In this document: piece after piece, positions 32,357 to 42,800 of the stretch
Layout of the letters: the number at the start of each line of letters is the position of its first letter
Position numbering within the stretch: position 1 is the first letter of the stretch
From: Piedraia hortae CBS 480.64
Lineage: Eukaryota
Assembly (NCBI GenBank): GCA_010093745.1
Contig: MU005986.1
Span: 124,001 to 188,000, forward strand
Direction of reading: 5' to 3'
Length of the DNA stretch: 64,000 nt
The notes under the pieces: generated by a model
The model's database searches: none
What the model saw: the letters and a program-made list of their open reading frames with translations, nothing else
Told to the model about the DNA's origin: nothing
Position numbers and translations under genes: made by a program

Positions 32357-33526
32357 CTACTTCTTTACATAGTCCCTCCAATCGCCTTCCTTGCTGTTCT
32401 TACTTCCCAACCAGCTTTTGAACCTCCCAGCAACGCTATTATCCTCCTGCACAGACTTCGCCTTAGCATCAATAACCTTCTTCCCCTTGGCCCTCGCCGT
32501 AGGCGGCGAGTACCTTAAACCATGACTCCCGCTCTGCGCCTGTTTGTTCTTCTCCGTAAACGACTTGAGAATATCCTGAAACGGGCTCTCCGGTGGCGAC
32601 GAATTCTTGACCTTCACAATCGGCGCAATTTTAAAAAACCTCCTCACTTTCGGCATCCTCAGCAGCGCGGCCTGCGCTATTCCAAAAGACCCTGTAGTTA
32701 TGAACCATACACACAACGCCCCGGGCTGCCAGCCCATAAACAATAACACAATCCCCGGCAACCCGTAGAGGGTAAAAGCGCGCATACCCGGAGAAATCTC
32801 AAGGTTAGAATTCTGCACGCCGCTTTCCCCACCCATTCGCGCCACGACGTGCACGCATCCGGCCATCATTAGGGGTAGGATTACGTAGGGGTCGCAGAGG
32901 GTTAGATCTTTAACCCAGAGGAAACCCCCGTCGCGGAGCTCGGGGACGGGAAGTGCGGCCATGGCCCGGATGAGTTTAAACCCGCAGAAGCCGAATACGC
33001 CTTGGAAGATTGCGGGTGCGAGTTGGGCGCGGAGGGTTATGCCCGCTCGTTTGCGTACGGCCATTTCTTCTTGGAGGTATTGTTGCTGCGCGGCCGTGTC
33101 GCCGCGTTTGAGGGCTTCGGTTTTTTTCTCGCGTAAAGGGTTCATGATAGGGCCGAGGGCGTTGAGACGCGCATTCGCGTCGGCGCTTTTGAGGTACGCA
33201 GGGAAAAGGACTAGACGGCCCAAGAGGGCCGTGGAGGCGATGGTCGCCCACCATGGTAGGCCTGTATACACGTGGATGTGCTCTAATGTCCATTGGAGGG
33301 TGGAGGTTACGCCCCAGCCGTAGTCGAGACCTAGCGAGTGAAGGTAGCCGATTGTGTTTGGGTCGACGGCTTGGGGGACTTCGGTAGGTAAGGTTATGGT
33401 GTCGATGTTGGAGATGGTCGGGGCTTGAGGCTGGGTTGAGACGAAGCGGTGAGGTAGCGTTGGTGAAGAGGGATGTAACCTCTTAGCAGGACGTAGAACC
33501 CGCAGGACTCCCCGACTCGGCATCAT
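32357..33526 (-). CDS. OXA1: Mitochondrial inner-membrane insertase Oxa1 (YidC family)
   Basis: IGYLHSLGLDYGWG, LEHIHVYTGLPWWATI, GGFLWVKDLT.CDPY.ILP. Confidence 0.9.
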   Translation of the reverse strand: MMPSRGVLRVLRPAKRLHPSSPTLPHRFVSTQPQAPTISNIDTITLPTEVPQAVDPNTIGYLHSLGLDYGWGVTSTLQWTLEHIHVYTGLPWWATIASTALLGRLVLFPAYLKSADANARLNALGPIMNPLREKKTEALKRGDTAAQQQYLQEEMAVRKRAGITLRAQLAPAIFQGVFGFCGFKLIRAMAALPVPELRDGGFLWVKDLTLCDPYVILPLMMAGCVHVVARMGGESGVQNSNLEISPGMRAFTLYGLPGIVLLFMGWQPGALCVWFITTGSFGIAQAALLRMPKVRRFFKIAPIVKVKNSSPPESPFQDILKSFTEKNKQAQSGSHGLRYSPPTARAKGKKVIDAKAKSVQEDNSVAGRFKSWLGSKNSKEGDWRDYVKK

Positions 33527-33622
33527 TTTTGCGGGTGTCGTGGTTGTTTTTGCAAGGCGGTTTCGTATGCGATTAATATACGTTGCTTACGGTTATTTAT
33601 TACTATGTACGGATACTGCCGT

Positions 33623-34028
33623 CTACTCGAGTGAGGTGTACATGTCCAGCTCTTCTCCGTCTCTTCTTCGCCGTTCGATTGGATCTTCTCGCATAATCAC
33701 ACCCGGCCCGACTCGACGGGATGAAGGGAATACCTTGCTCTGTCAGCTTTCGAGAGTTTAAATGAACGTGAGTATGGATTACTCTTGTGCCTCCCCACCC
33801 TAGCCTGAATGCCGCTTCATGTGCAAACAGCTCTCCGAATCCCAGCATGAGGCCGTTGACAAAGGGCAAGACGAGGTTGATTGCGGCGCCGCGGAGGAGC
33901 CCCCATAGGGTTGGTGGGTGGTATAGAATCAGGGGACTGCTTGTTACGCTCGGTGGAGAAGGTTGAAGCTCGTAGCTTTCGCTGTCTGATGATACTTCGG
34001 CTGATGTGTCCATGTGTGCGTTGCTCAT
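33623..34028 (-). CDS. MIM1: Mitochondrial outer-membrane insertase Mim1/Tom13; intron 33782-33734
   Basis: AAINLVLPFVNGLMLGFGELFAHE signature; splicing gives GWGGTRVFP...YTSLE*. Confidence 0.9.
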
Positions 34029-34152
34029 GCCCTGCACGCTGCTGGGAGGTGAGATCTTGCTTAGTCAGCTATACACTTCGTGATTCCCTAAACGGTAAGT
34101 GGCATGTCAAGGTAAAACGAGGCTCCGCCGCAAACTGTCCACCGAACGAACC

Positions 34153-35317
34153 ATGGACGCCGAGCAAGAGGACAAGATTGCGCACTTTGTCGCCATTTCG
34201 GGCAGTGATCCCCAAGCTGTAAGGAGCTTGTGCCGTTCTCTTGGCTGAGCTAACAAACTAGGCCCGTACGGCTTTGAATGCGACCAACTGGAACTTGCAG
34301 GAGGCGATCACTCTCTGGATGGCCGGGAACGATTCGCAAGACACTGCCCAGCCGCCGACGGCTTCGTCGTCGCGCAATCCTCGTGCCAGCTCGAATCAAC
34401 ACTCCAATTCGGTTACCATTCGGGACTACCAGCATGAGGAATCCGATGATGAATCTGACGATAAGGACGACGAATTTTATGCTGGAGGAGGCAAGAGCGG
34501 GCTTGCCGTGCAGAACCCAAATTCGGGCGGACCGACGGATCACTACCGCAGCATAATGAGCCAGGCACAGGAGAGCAGCTCGCGCCACCAAGGGAACGAA
34601 GAAGATCAGCCGCCTCCGCGCCGCACATACTTTACCGGCCGCGCACAAACCCTCGGCGGCGACAACACACCCAGCCGCATTATCGACGCTGGTCCAAACC
34701 ATACTGAACCAGCTCGTGTCGAGCGCACGCTACACCTCTGGGTTGACGGCATCAGCATCGACGATGGACCGCTCTACCGCTTTGACGACCCTGCTAACGA
34801 GGATATGATGAAACAGATCCAAAGTGGCCGTGCGCCGCTGGGTCTACTTAATGTGCAACGCGAACAGGAAGTTGAGCTCATCCTCGTTCCCCACCAGGAT
34901 GAGAAATATACCCCTCCCAAGCAACCGTATCAGCCCTTCAGCGGCCAGGGCCAACGTCTCGGATCGCCGACGCCCGGTCCTTCTACCCGTGCCCCGGCCG
35001 CCCCTTCGCAACCTCAGGCGCAGCCTGCCGCAGCGGAACCCTCTCAACCGAGCGTCAATATCGACTCCAACACGCCGGTTCTGCGCATCCAGATCCGCCT
35101 TGGTGATGGCACGCGTTTGCAGTCACGCTTCAACACGACGCACACGATCGGTGATGTTTACGACTTTATTAACAGGGCCTCAATGGCTTCTAATTCCAGA
35201 AACTATGTCCTCATGACGACGTTCCCCCCGAAGGACTTTACGGATAAGTCCCGCAAGCTGGGCGATATTGATGAGCTCAAGAAGGGTGGCGGCTCGCTGG
35301 TGCAGAAATGGTGCTAG
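34153..35317 (+). CDS. SHP1: Cdc48/p97 adaptor Shp1/Ubx1 (UBA-SEP-UBX); intron 34219-34261
   Basis: UBA-like N-terminus, FYAGGGKSGLAVQNP, SEP (LHLWVDG.SIDDGPL), FSGQGQRLG, UBX (IQIRLGDG...TTFPP). Confidence 0.93.
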
Positions 35318-35748
35318 AGATACCCGTTTTTGTAGTTTAGACGTCTTTGAAAGCTGGCGTATGTTACGCGAAGTGTGCTGTGCCATCTAGTAAGTTGAGG
35401 GCGTGCAGATCATGAACTCGGAGAAGAGTTGGTCCGCATGATTTCTGTATGTGCCCTAAGCTGTGAGCCCTTCCCTGCTCGTATTCGTGTTGTGCCTGTG
35501 CAAATTTTCAAGGGTGATTTCTATCGCCTACACACTATTCAACAAGAATAACATACGCAGTCCCATGGAGAAATATGCCCTCGCATCAAAATCTTCGGAT
35601 ATAATTTCAACCATTCACTGATCAACTTCAACAGTGGGTTCGTAACGTAATCGTCCGGAGTCAATACAACCGACGATCTACTCTGCCCCCTCTCGATTGG
35701 ACGAGCTTTCCAACCGTCACTTGAGGGGTTATTATTTGAGTACCAGAT

Positions 35749-37113
35749 GTGGACGGCACCAGCTTCCCAAGATCGTTTCGCCTTGTAGAGAAAGGCTTCC
35801 CACGGGACGGCACCAACGCTGACGTTGGGAAAAATGCGGATGACTTTCCGCGGTGGGGAATCTTGGCAGCGGGGTTATTTTCCGTGCGCACCAAGGGATT
35901 CTCTCCCTTGCACATCTTAGTTATGGACCTGGGATGCCCACCAAAGCGCTCGTCTTGTTGTCCATCATTTAATCGCTGATATAAAGAGCGAGGAGACTGT
36001 CAATCTTTGTTGGTCGGATGGTTGTGAAGGTTCGATCGCAGGGAATCATGAATCTTTAGTATCTTGCAGTGGGTGATACTTGCCAGAGAAATTGGAGTAG
36101 CCGCAGAATCCAGCCATTCTGGGTGATTACAGTTTCCTACATACATGCAATGCGTCACACAAGTTTTTGGCTCTCGCACACTGCTTCCCACACATGCGCA
36201 ATATTGGTATATTATCATCACGGCACACCAGTTTTTCAAGTCAGCCGCAACGAAGCTCTGCAAAGACATGCGGCTGCGGCTCCTGGAAAGAGACGATAAG
36301 TTGGGTCCGTGTTACATGAGGATGCGCCAAGCAATGAAGAATGCGTAAGATATTCTGACTCACCTCGGACTGGTTGAGTGGATTGACAAGGCGACACTTC
36401 TTTACCAGGACCTCAGGATGTCTGTGTACGAGCTCTGGGCTCTGATCCGATTTGATCCGAAACACGAGAGGAGGTTTGGAAAGCCCTTCTGTTCATCGAG
36501 ACAGACAACCCCTACTGAGGGCCCTCAGGACGTTTGGCTTAGTGATATCGTGAACCTCGAAAGCTGGGACTACGTTATGTTCTACGGGCGTGAAATGCAC
36601 AAGTTTGCCATACAAAGCGACTTTGTGGTTAGATGTTTGAACCACGGCACTGTCCCTGCCGATCGAGAATAGCTCTTTGAAATTGAGTCCGGAAACCATT
36701 CTCTTCATCTACCAACATGGTGTTGTCAATTCGTGGCAATATCTCTTATCCATGAAGAAGTACAAGTTTACCCCGATCAACCCGGGACATAAAGCCCGCA
36801 TCAACGTTAAGCGTGCCATGACGGTTTACCTCCACAACTTAACATTCCACTTGTGGACGTACGAAGGCATCAAAATTGCAGCACGGAGATCCATCCGACA
36901 ATCAAAGGGCAGGGGGCAGAGGTTTCGGGACTTTTGCTCGACCCCGCATATGAGGATTCGAAGGCAACGGTGATGGGCATTGTCAGGTCATATCACAGAC
37001 ATGGGCCATCTTTCATCATGAAGGAATCGTCGAACATGTTTAAGGAACGCATTATGAATACCTGCGCTAAGGCTCCCAGACACAACGCCTTCTACGTCAA
37101 ATTTCATCAATGA
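35749..37113 (+). pseudogene. Probable decayed gene of unknown family
   Basis: ORF fragments starting 35749, 36145, 36418 and 36853 share one frame and are separated by stops; 36677 is frameshifted; protein-like composition. Confidence 0.4.
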
Positions 37114-38113
37114 CCTCGTAAATGCCATCATAACCGAGAACGTATCATATATGAAGAAGGCGAGGAAATTGATCCACGCCAAGCATCCGGACGCCATTAC
37201 CGTCGGATGCCAGGCCCACGGAGCGGTCCCTTTCGCCTGACTACCTTGATGGGAAACCTCCATTGAGCTATGATAACATTTTCGACCTGTATAATCTCAT
37301 GTCGCCCTAGAGTTGAATCTGGGTGTGAATCAAAGGCGGCATGCACCATACCCCTGCGTGTATTTGCACGAAGCTGGAGATTCTTCCACTCAGGCAGCCA
37401 GGTTACCTTATCAGAGTGTCGATCTAGTTTAGTGCTTATCGACTCTTCGACTCGGTCAGCACTAAACTGATAACCTCGACAGGCAATCTGAGAGTGCGTT
37501 GTACGCTAAGGCATGCTGAGCAAGCTTGGCAGGGGTGGGTCAGTCTTTGATCGACCAGTGAGCGGCCCCGCTTTCAAGCGTGCTGCTGCTAAGCCTGGGA
37601 CTAGATCGAATAAGACCCTCGAGAGGCTCGCTAGCACGGTGCCTGCAATCATCACCCAAAGCAGACAGCGAAAAGCCTTCCGCGTGGAATCCGTCCCGCT
37701 GCTGACTGGATACCCAGCTTAGCGTGCATTAGCGGGAATTAGCGTCACACAGCATCCGCAGCCAAATTGATCCACTACATATTTGTACGAGGTTGACCTC
37801 ACATCATGCAAGCATGTTGGCGAAGCATCTTTCCCAGCAAATTTGCAGCGTATTCCCAGTTCATTTCCGTTCAGTACACATATCTCAGTTGTAAAAACCC
37901 GAGGGAAGACGTTTCGATGCTGATTGCAATGCTTTGATCTCTGCGTGACTAGATGAATGACACTCAGCTTAAGCTTGTGTGGGGTGGCAGACCCACATCA
38001 AAGTTTTTCGCACTCGACTACAATTCTTTGAACAGATCTAATTACAAGTTCCCGTTGATCCTGGGTATGTCTATTGGTTTCTACAATTCAAAGATGCACT
38101 CACCGCTAAAGCA

Positions 38114-39817
38114 TCAACACTGAAAGATATTATCCCCCTGCAGCCAGTTCCCCTCCTCATCCTGTTCAAAGCCAAGGATATCATTCTGACCAGCTCCAAA
38201 AAACGCTACGGGCACACTGCGATCGGTCCCGTTATAAATCGTAGCGGCATCGAGTATCGTCCCAAACGTGCCAGGCTGATGGCCCAGCTGGGAAGTGTTG
38301 CTCCTAAGCTTTGAGGAGCTGCAGTCCCACGCATTAATAATGGTGGACACTTTGATCTCTGCATTGGCATCTTGCGTGTAGAACAGGTTGCCGTCGTTTC
38401 TGAGGAAGACGTCATCCTGGGCTTGAGGGGCACTGTTGAAGCACTGTTGAGGCCCCGGTGCCAACTTGTCGAGGTTGACGGCATAAAACTGGTATGAGGC
38501 ATTGGTCATGCTTACGCTCACACTATAGGCCACGGCGCTGTCTTTGGAGCTGTAGCAGCCGAGGCCCTGTGGTATTCGACTGGAGACACTTGTTTGTTGG
38601 GAGACCCAGTTGTATGAGTCGTTGTTAGTTGTTTCTGTCCAGAAGAGCCATTGCATAATCTCGCCGGTCAAAGTCGTGGGGTACCATAACATGAGACCTT
38701 GTGCGTCAAGATCTTGTTGGTCATATGTCGGGCTGCGGTTGTTTGAACTGTAGTAGACTCGGCAAACGGTGGACCTGTGTAGTTTGAAACCGTACATTGC
38801 TGTAGCGCTGGAACCATTGAGGTGTCTTGTTGTGCGTGATTGGAAATCTGGGTCTTGATAGGAGAAATGTTGGATCGTGTTGCTGGCATCGAGATCTGTG
38901 CACGCCGGTTAGTCTTGTTAGCGACGCTTCTGGAAGGATTTTGACAAACAGAAAATGTTCCAAATGACAGCGTTGTTATCCAGCATGGATACCGCATTAA
39001 TGGGAGAGTCGGCTTGAATGGGAACCTGCAGAGGGACTTTGTTGTCGGTCCAGGACCCGTTTCCCCAAAGTCGATGAACACGAAACTCGGTGTTGCTAGC
39101 ATGTGTCCGATTCGCTGTGTATCCCGAATGGTAATACATATTTGCGATGCTCAAATTCCCAGATAACGAGGATTCTCCCTCAGGTAGAGTGGAAAAGGCA
39201 AACCCCAACGGTGACAGACTGTTTCGTCGCGTAACAGCTGTTCCGGATGGGCAAGTAAGGCGTCTTACCGTTGACGGTGCTGAGCTGGCTAGTGAACTAG
39301 CAGATGAGCTAGCAGAAGAGGGCAGGATTGTCGTTTGAGCCTGAGGTGACAGAGGCTGCGATCTAGGACGCGAGCTCTTCTTAAGCCCTAGGCCCACACC
39401 TAGTCCTAAGGCAAGTCCGATTAGTATCAATATGAGCAGTATCATGCCCAATACCAATCTTGACACGCCGCATATACTCTTCTTTCTCTTCTCCCGCTCA
39501 GTTGATTGCTCAACTTCGGGGTGCCCATTCGGATAATAAGTAGTGTTTCCATAGGCTTCCTTGTTTGTGTCCCCTCCAAGTAGCAGAGACTGCGCTGCAC
39601 CAGCCGAATTCCATTCTTTTTCGGCAATAACTGGCCTATGGCTAACTTCCTTTTCTGCAGGGATCGATATAAGTGGCTCCGGTGCAGCTGTGGATGGTAA
39701 GGTGATTGTATCTTCCAGGGTGTCTGTCCTCGGGCGCGCGTCCGGCTTTGACTGAGGCGAGCCTAGTGAATGTCAGGCACGCTGTTTTGCTTCGCTCGGG
39801 TTGAAATAACCTTGCAT
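38114..39817 (-). CDS. Type II membrane protein with Ser/Thr stalk and probable beta-propeller (fucose-lectin-like) ectodomain; introns 39810-39763, 38949-38896
   Basis: Spliced MQGSPQSKP...KKSICGVSRLVLGMILLILILIGLALGLGVGLGLKK, S/T-rich linker, WNIFYLDASNTIQ and other beta-strand/Trp repeats, many NxS/T sequons. Confidence 0.65.
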
Positions 39818-40795
39818 TTAGGCGCAGAGCTCGGCGATTTAGGCGCTTGTATAGCATTTCGAGTGTTAGCGCCGTGGCTTCAGCCTTGCATATGCGAGGA
39901 TGCTCATTGTGCATGCCCTGGTCAGGAGACATTGTCGCTCCACGACTGAAGAGGATGGACTCCAGGTAAAGACCGCTGTGAGTCCTTCCGGGTTTTGCGA
40001 TCGCACAACATGAATATAGCTACTATGAAATTGAGTGAGCAAGCCTGCGAGGTATAGATGGCTAGCACGCATGCATCAAGCCTCACCAACTGCAGGGGTC
40101 AAAGACAGGCCGATCATCACCACGGAATTATATAATTTGCCAACAAGCGTCCAAACTCGCACGTCCAGCTTTGGAGTGCTGGCTTTAGGTGGTAGAGGTA
40201 TTCGTACATATGGACCGACTCTTTGTTTGTTGAGCTGCATCATTCAGATACCTAGCAGCACCCAGCAAAAGGTCTTGTGAGCTCCCCTAAATCAACCAGA
40301 GTGAGGTTTTGGAGGTTCTGTAGGTGGGATTTTGCTTGGCGATGCAAACATTCATGGCCGTTATCCATGTTTCATAGGCGATAAGCTTCATCATCACTCT
40401 CATACCTATTACCAATTAGATCAAAAATACTCATACATGTAATCATCATCAGGTTCTCCCGAATTCTTGCGTCGGTTGAAATCAATTTTGATTGCTCTCG
40501 ACACTGTGTCTTCACTGAGCTCAAGAAGGTATATCTTTGGCATATGGACTTCCAAGAGTTGATCGACATCCATCCACCACGCGGTGATGCTGTCTAGCAC
40601 TCCCGCCATTGCCGTCTTACCACGGTGCTTAGAATTGATCCTGCAAAGCAATTACACAATCTCTGAGAGGCGGCATAGTCATCCTCGCGCCAATGACCCC
40701 CCAGCCCGTGTATTGTCTGTACATGTCTCCTTAAACCCAAGAAATACAGTTTCCTCCACGTCACCCCTTACAGAATCCATAACCCACTCACTCAC

Positions 40796-42502
40796 TCATT
40801 CACCCGCCCACCCATCCTCCTCCCCCAATCCCTCCCCTAACGGCCCAACCACCAACGCCGGGTTGAGGAACACATCCCACTCAAACGCCCCCCAATCCTG
40901 CAACCCCTGCACCACAACCCCCTCCCCCCCCGTCACCTCCCCCTCTTCAGCAGCAGTCTCCACTCCCTCAACCTCCAACAACCCCACCTCCACCAACTTT
41001 CTCTTCCTCGCCATGACGACCAATTCCCTAGCCTGCCTAACCGCCTCCTTCACCATAAAAGTCTCAAAAATCTCCCCCACCCTCCTCAACAAACCCATAA
41101 CCTCCTTCACGTACCCCAACGCCCTCGGCGTCGACGCGGCCAACACAACACAAAGGAACTGAAATGGGGTATGAATCAATCCCCACCACGCCCTCCCCAT
41201 CTCCAACAACTCCCGCGCAGCGGATAACGCTTCCTTCCCCAACCCCAGCACAACCTCGACCCTATCCTTCGCATCCGTAAGGCTCATTAGCCAAAGACGT
41301 CTATAAATCGCAAATGACAGATCCGCCTTTAGCAACATCAAAAACGCCGAATGTGTCTTCGGACCCTCTGCCAGCCTCGAAAGCGCCGTTCCCAACGCAG
41401 CGGGGGGATCACTCTCACTCCCCGGCGAATCACACGGCAGGAGATCCGCCAACGCAACAAACTCGTGCGCTGAGCTCCCCTCCTCAGCTGGAAAGGGTTT
41501 CGTCGTGATCAAATCCAGTGTGACCCTCGAACGGCCGTACTCGAACGAGAGGATCACATTCAGCGCGCGCGCGATGTGGAAGAGTTTTCTCCTCGTGGTC
41601 TGGAGTTTTGGGTCTGGGATGGGGACTTGAGGGTACACGACGCTTATGGTTTGGAGTTCTTTATGTAAGCCGCTTGCTTCCGCTTGGTGCATGGTTATGC
41701 AGCTGCTCATCCAGGAGCCGTGGGGACGGGAGGTTAAACGGAGGTAGAGGGTTCGGAGAATCCAGCCTGTGATGTTGTGGGTTGTGGGTCCGTTGACGGA
41801 GCGTTGGGTTAGGACTTTGCGGGCGATGAAGGTGAATTGTTTCTCCTTGGGGTGGGGGGTGGAGGAGAAGAAGGACCCCAGGGCAGCTACGCCGAAGATG
41901 ACGGCGTCGAGGTCGTTGGATCCTAGGGGGTTTTGGAAACGGGAAGAGACGAGGTTGGGGAGTTCGGACTCGTCTAAGAGGCTGAATTCAGGCCAGATGA
42001 CGGTGAAGTACACTCGGCTTAGGCGTTGCCAGTCTGACCAAGTGAGGAGGGTGGTTATCGGGGTGGTTTCTTCAGTTAGTTCGGGGCGGATACCGGTGTT
42101 CCAGGCGAAGGAATGGAGACGGGGGATTGTGTCGGATTCGAGGTCCATGCCGAGGATTCGAGGGAAGGCAATTGCTGAGTTAGCACGGACAAAGCGGGTT
42201 TTGACAGGGTCGAGGATTGCACGGTGGTGAAACCGGGCTCCCGGTGCGGTTAGGGGGGATTTTGACGGGATGGTGGTTGAGGGTGAGTTGCCGTTTACTC
42301 CAACTTCAACTCGTTTGGTGGTTGAGAAGTGACATTCATATTCGTAGCGTTGACAGGTTCCGCAGGGTAGTTTGCCGTCGCATTTCCTCTTGCGTTGGCG
42401 GCATGGTGTGCATGCTGCTCGGCTCCGTTGACGACCGGTATGCTCGGGAGGTGATTGTTCGTTATCAGGAGAAGAGGGCGATGCCCTTCTCTTTGTAGTC
42501 AT
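40796..42502 (-). CDS. Zn(II)2Cys6 transcription factor, Rdr1-like
   Basis: ACTPCRQRKRKCDGKLPCGTC...C; ANSAIAFPRILG, LHSFAWN, SFEYGRSRV motifs. Confidence 0.88.
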   Translation of the reverse strand: MTTKRRASPSSPDNEQSPPEHTGRQRSRAACTPCRQRKRKCDGKLPCGTCQRYEYECHFSTTKRVEVGVNGNSPSTTIPSKSPLTAPGARFHHRAILDPVKTRFVRANSAIAFPRILGMDLESDTIPRLHSFAWNTGIRPELTEETTPITTLLTWSDWQRLSRVYFTVIWPEFSLLDESELPNLVSSRFQNPLGSNDLDAVIFGVAALGSFFSSTPHPKEKQFTFIARKVLTQRSVNGPTTHNITGWILRTLYLRLTSRPHGSWMSSCITMHQAEASGLHKELQTISVVYPQVPIPDPKLQTTRRKLFHIARALNVILSFEYGRSRVTLDLITTKPFPAEEGSSAHEFVALADLLPCDSPGSESDPPAALGTALSRLAEGPKTHSAFLMLLKADLSFAIYRRLWLMSLTDAKDRVEVVLGLGKEALSAARELLEMGRAWWGLIHTPFQFLCVVLAASTPRALGYVKEVMGLLRRVGEIFETFMVKEAVRQARELVVMARKRKLVEVGLLEVEGVETAAEEGEVTGGEGVVVQGLQDWGAFEWDVFLNPALVVGPLGEGLGEEDGWAGE

Positions 42503-42800
42503 TGTTGATGGAGTATAGTTTTCGTGGATATGGGAATATCATCGTGGTTAGGTAGCTCCAGCGCCATGTTGTTGTCAACTGTGGGGCCTGCACAGAACTT
42601 GGCACATCGCCATCCATCAATGAAAAACGTCGACCCTGGATAGCAGATTGATGTGATACAAAGCGTCATCCGCTGTATCAAATGCCTACAGCATTGTGAA
42701 ACCCAGCTTAAGGATACTGACAGAATTATTCACTGTCACTATATCCAGGCTTGCCTCTATGAACTTTCCGTTGGGTATCAAATTCTATTACACACGACTT

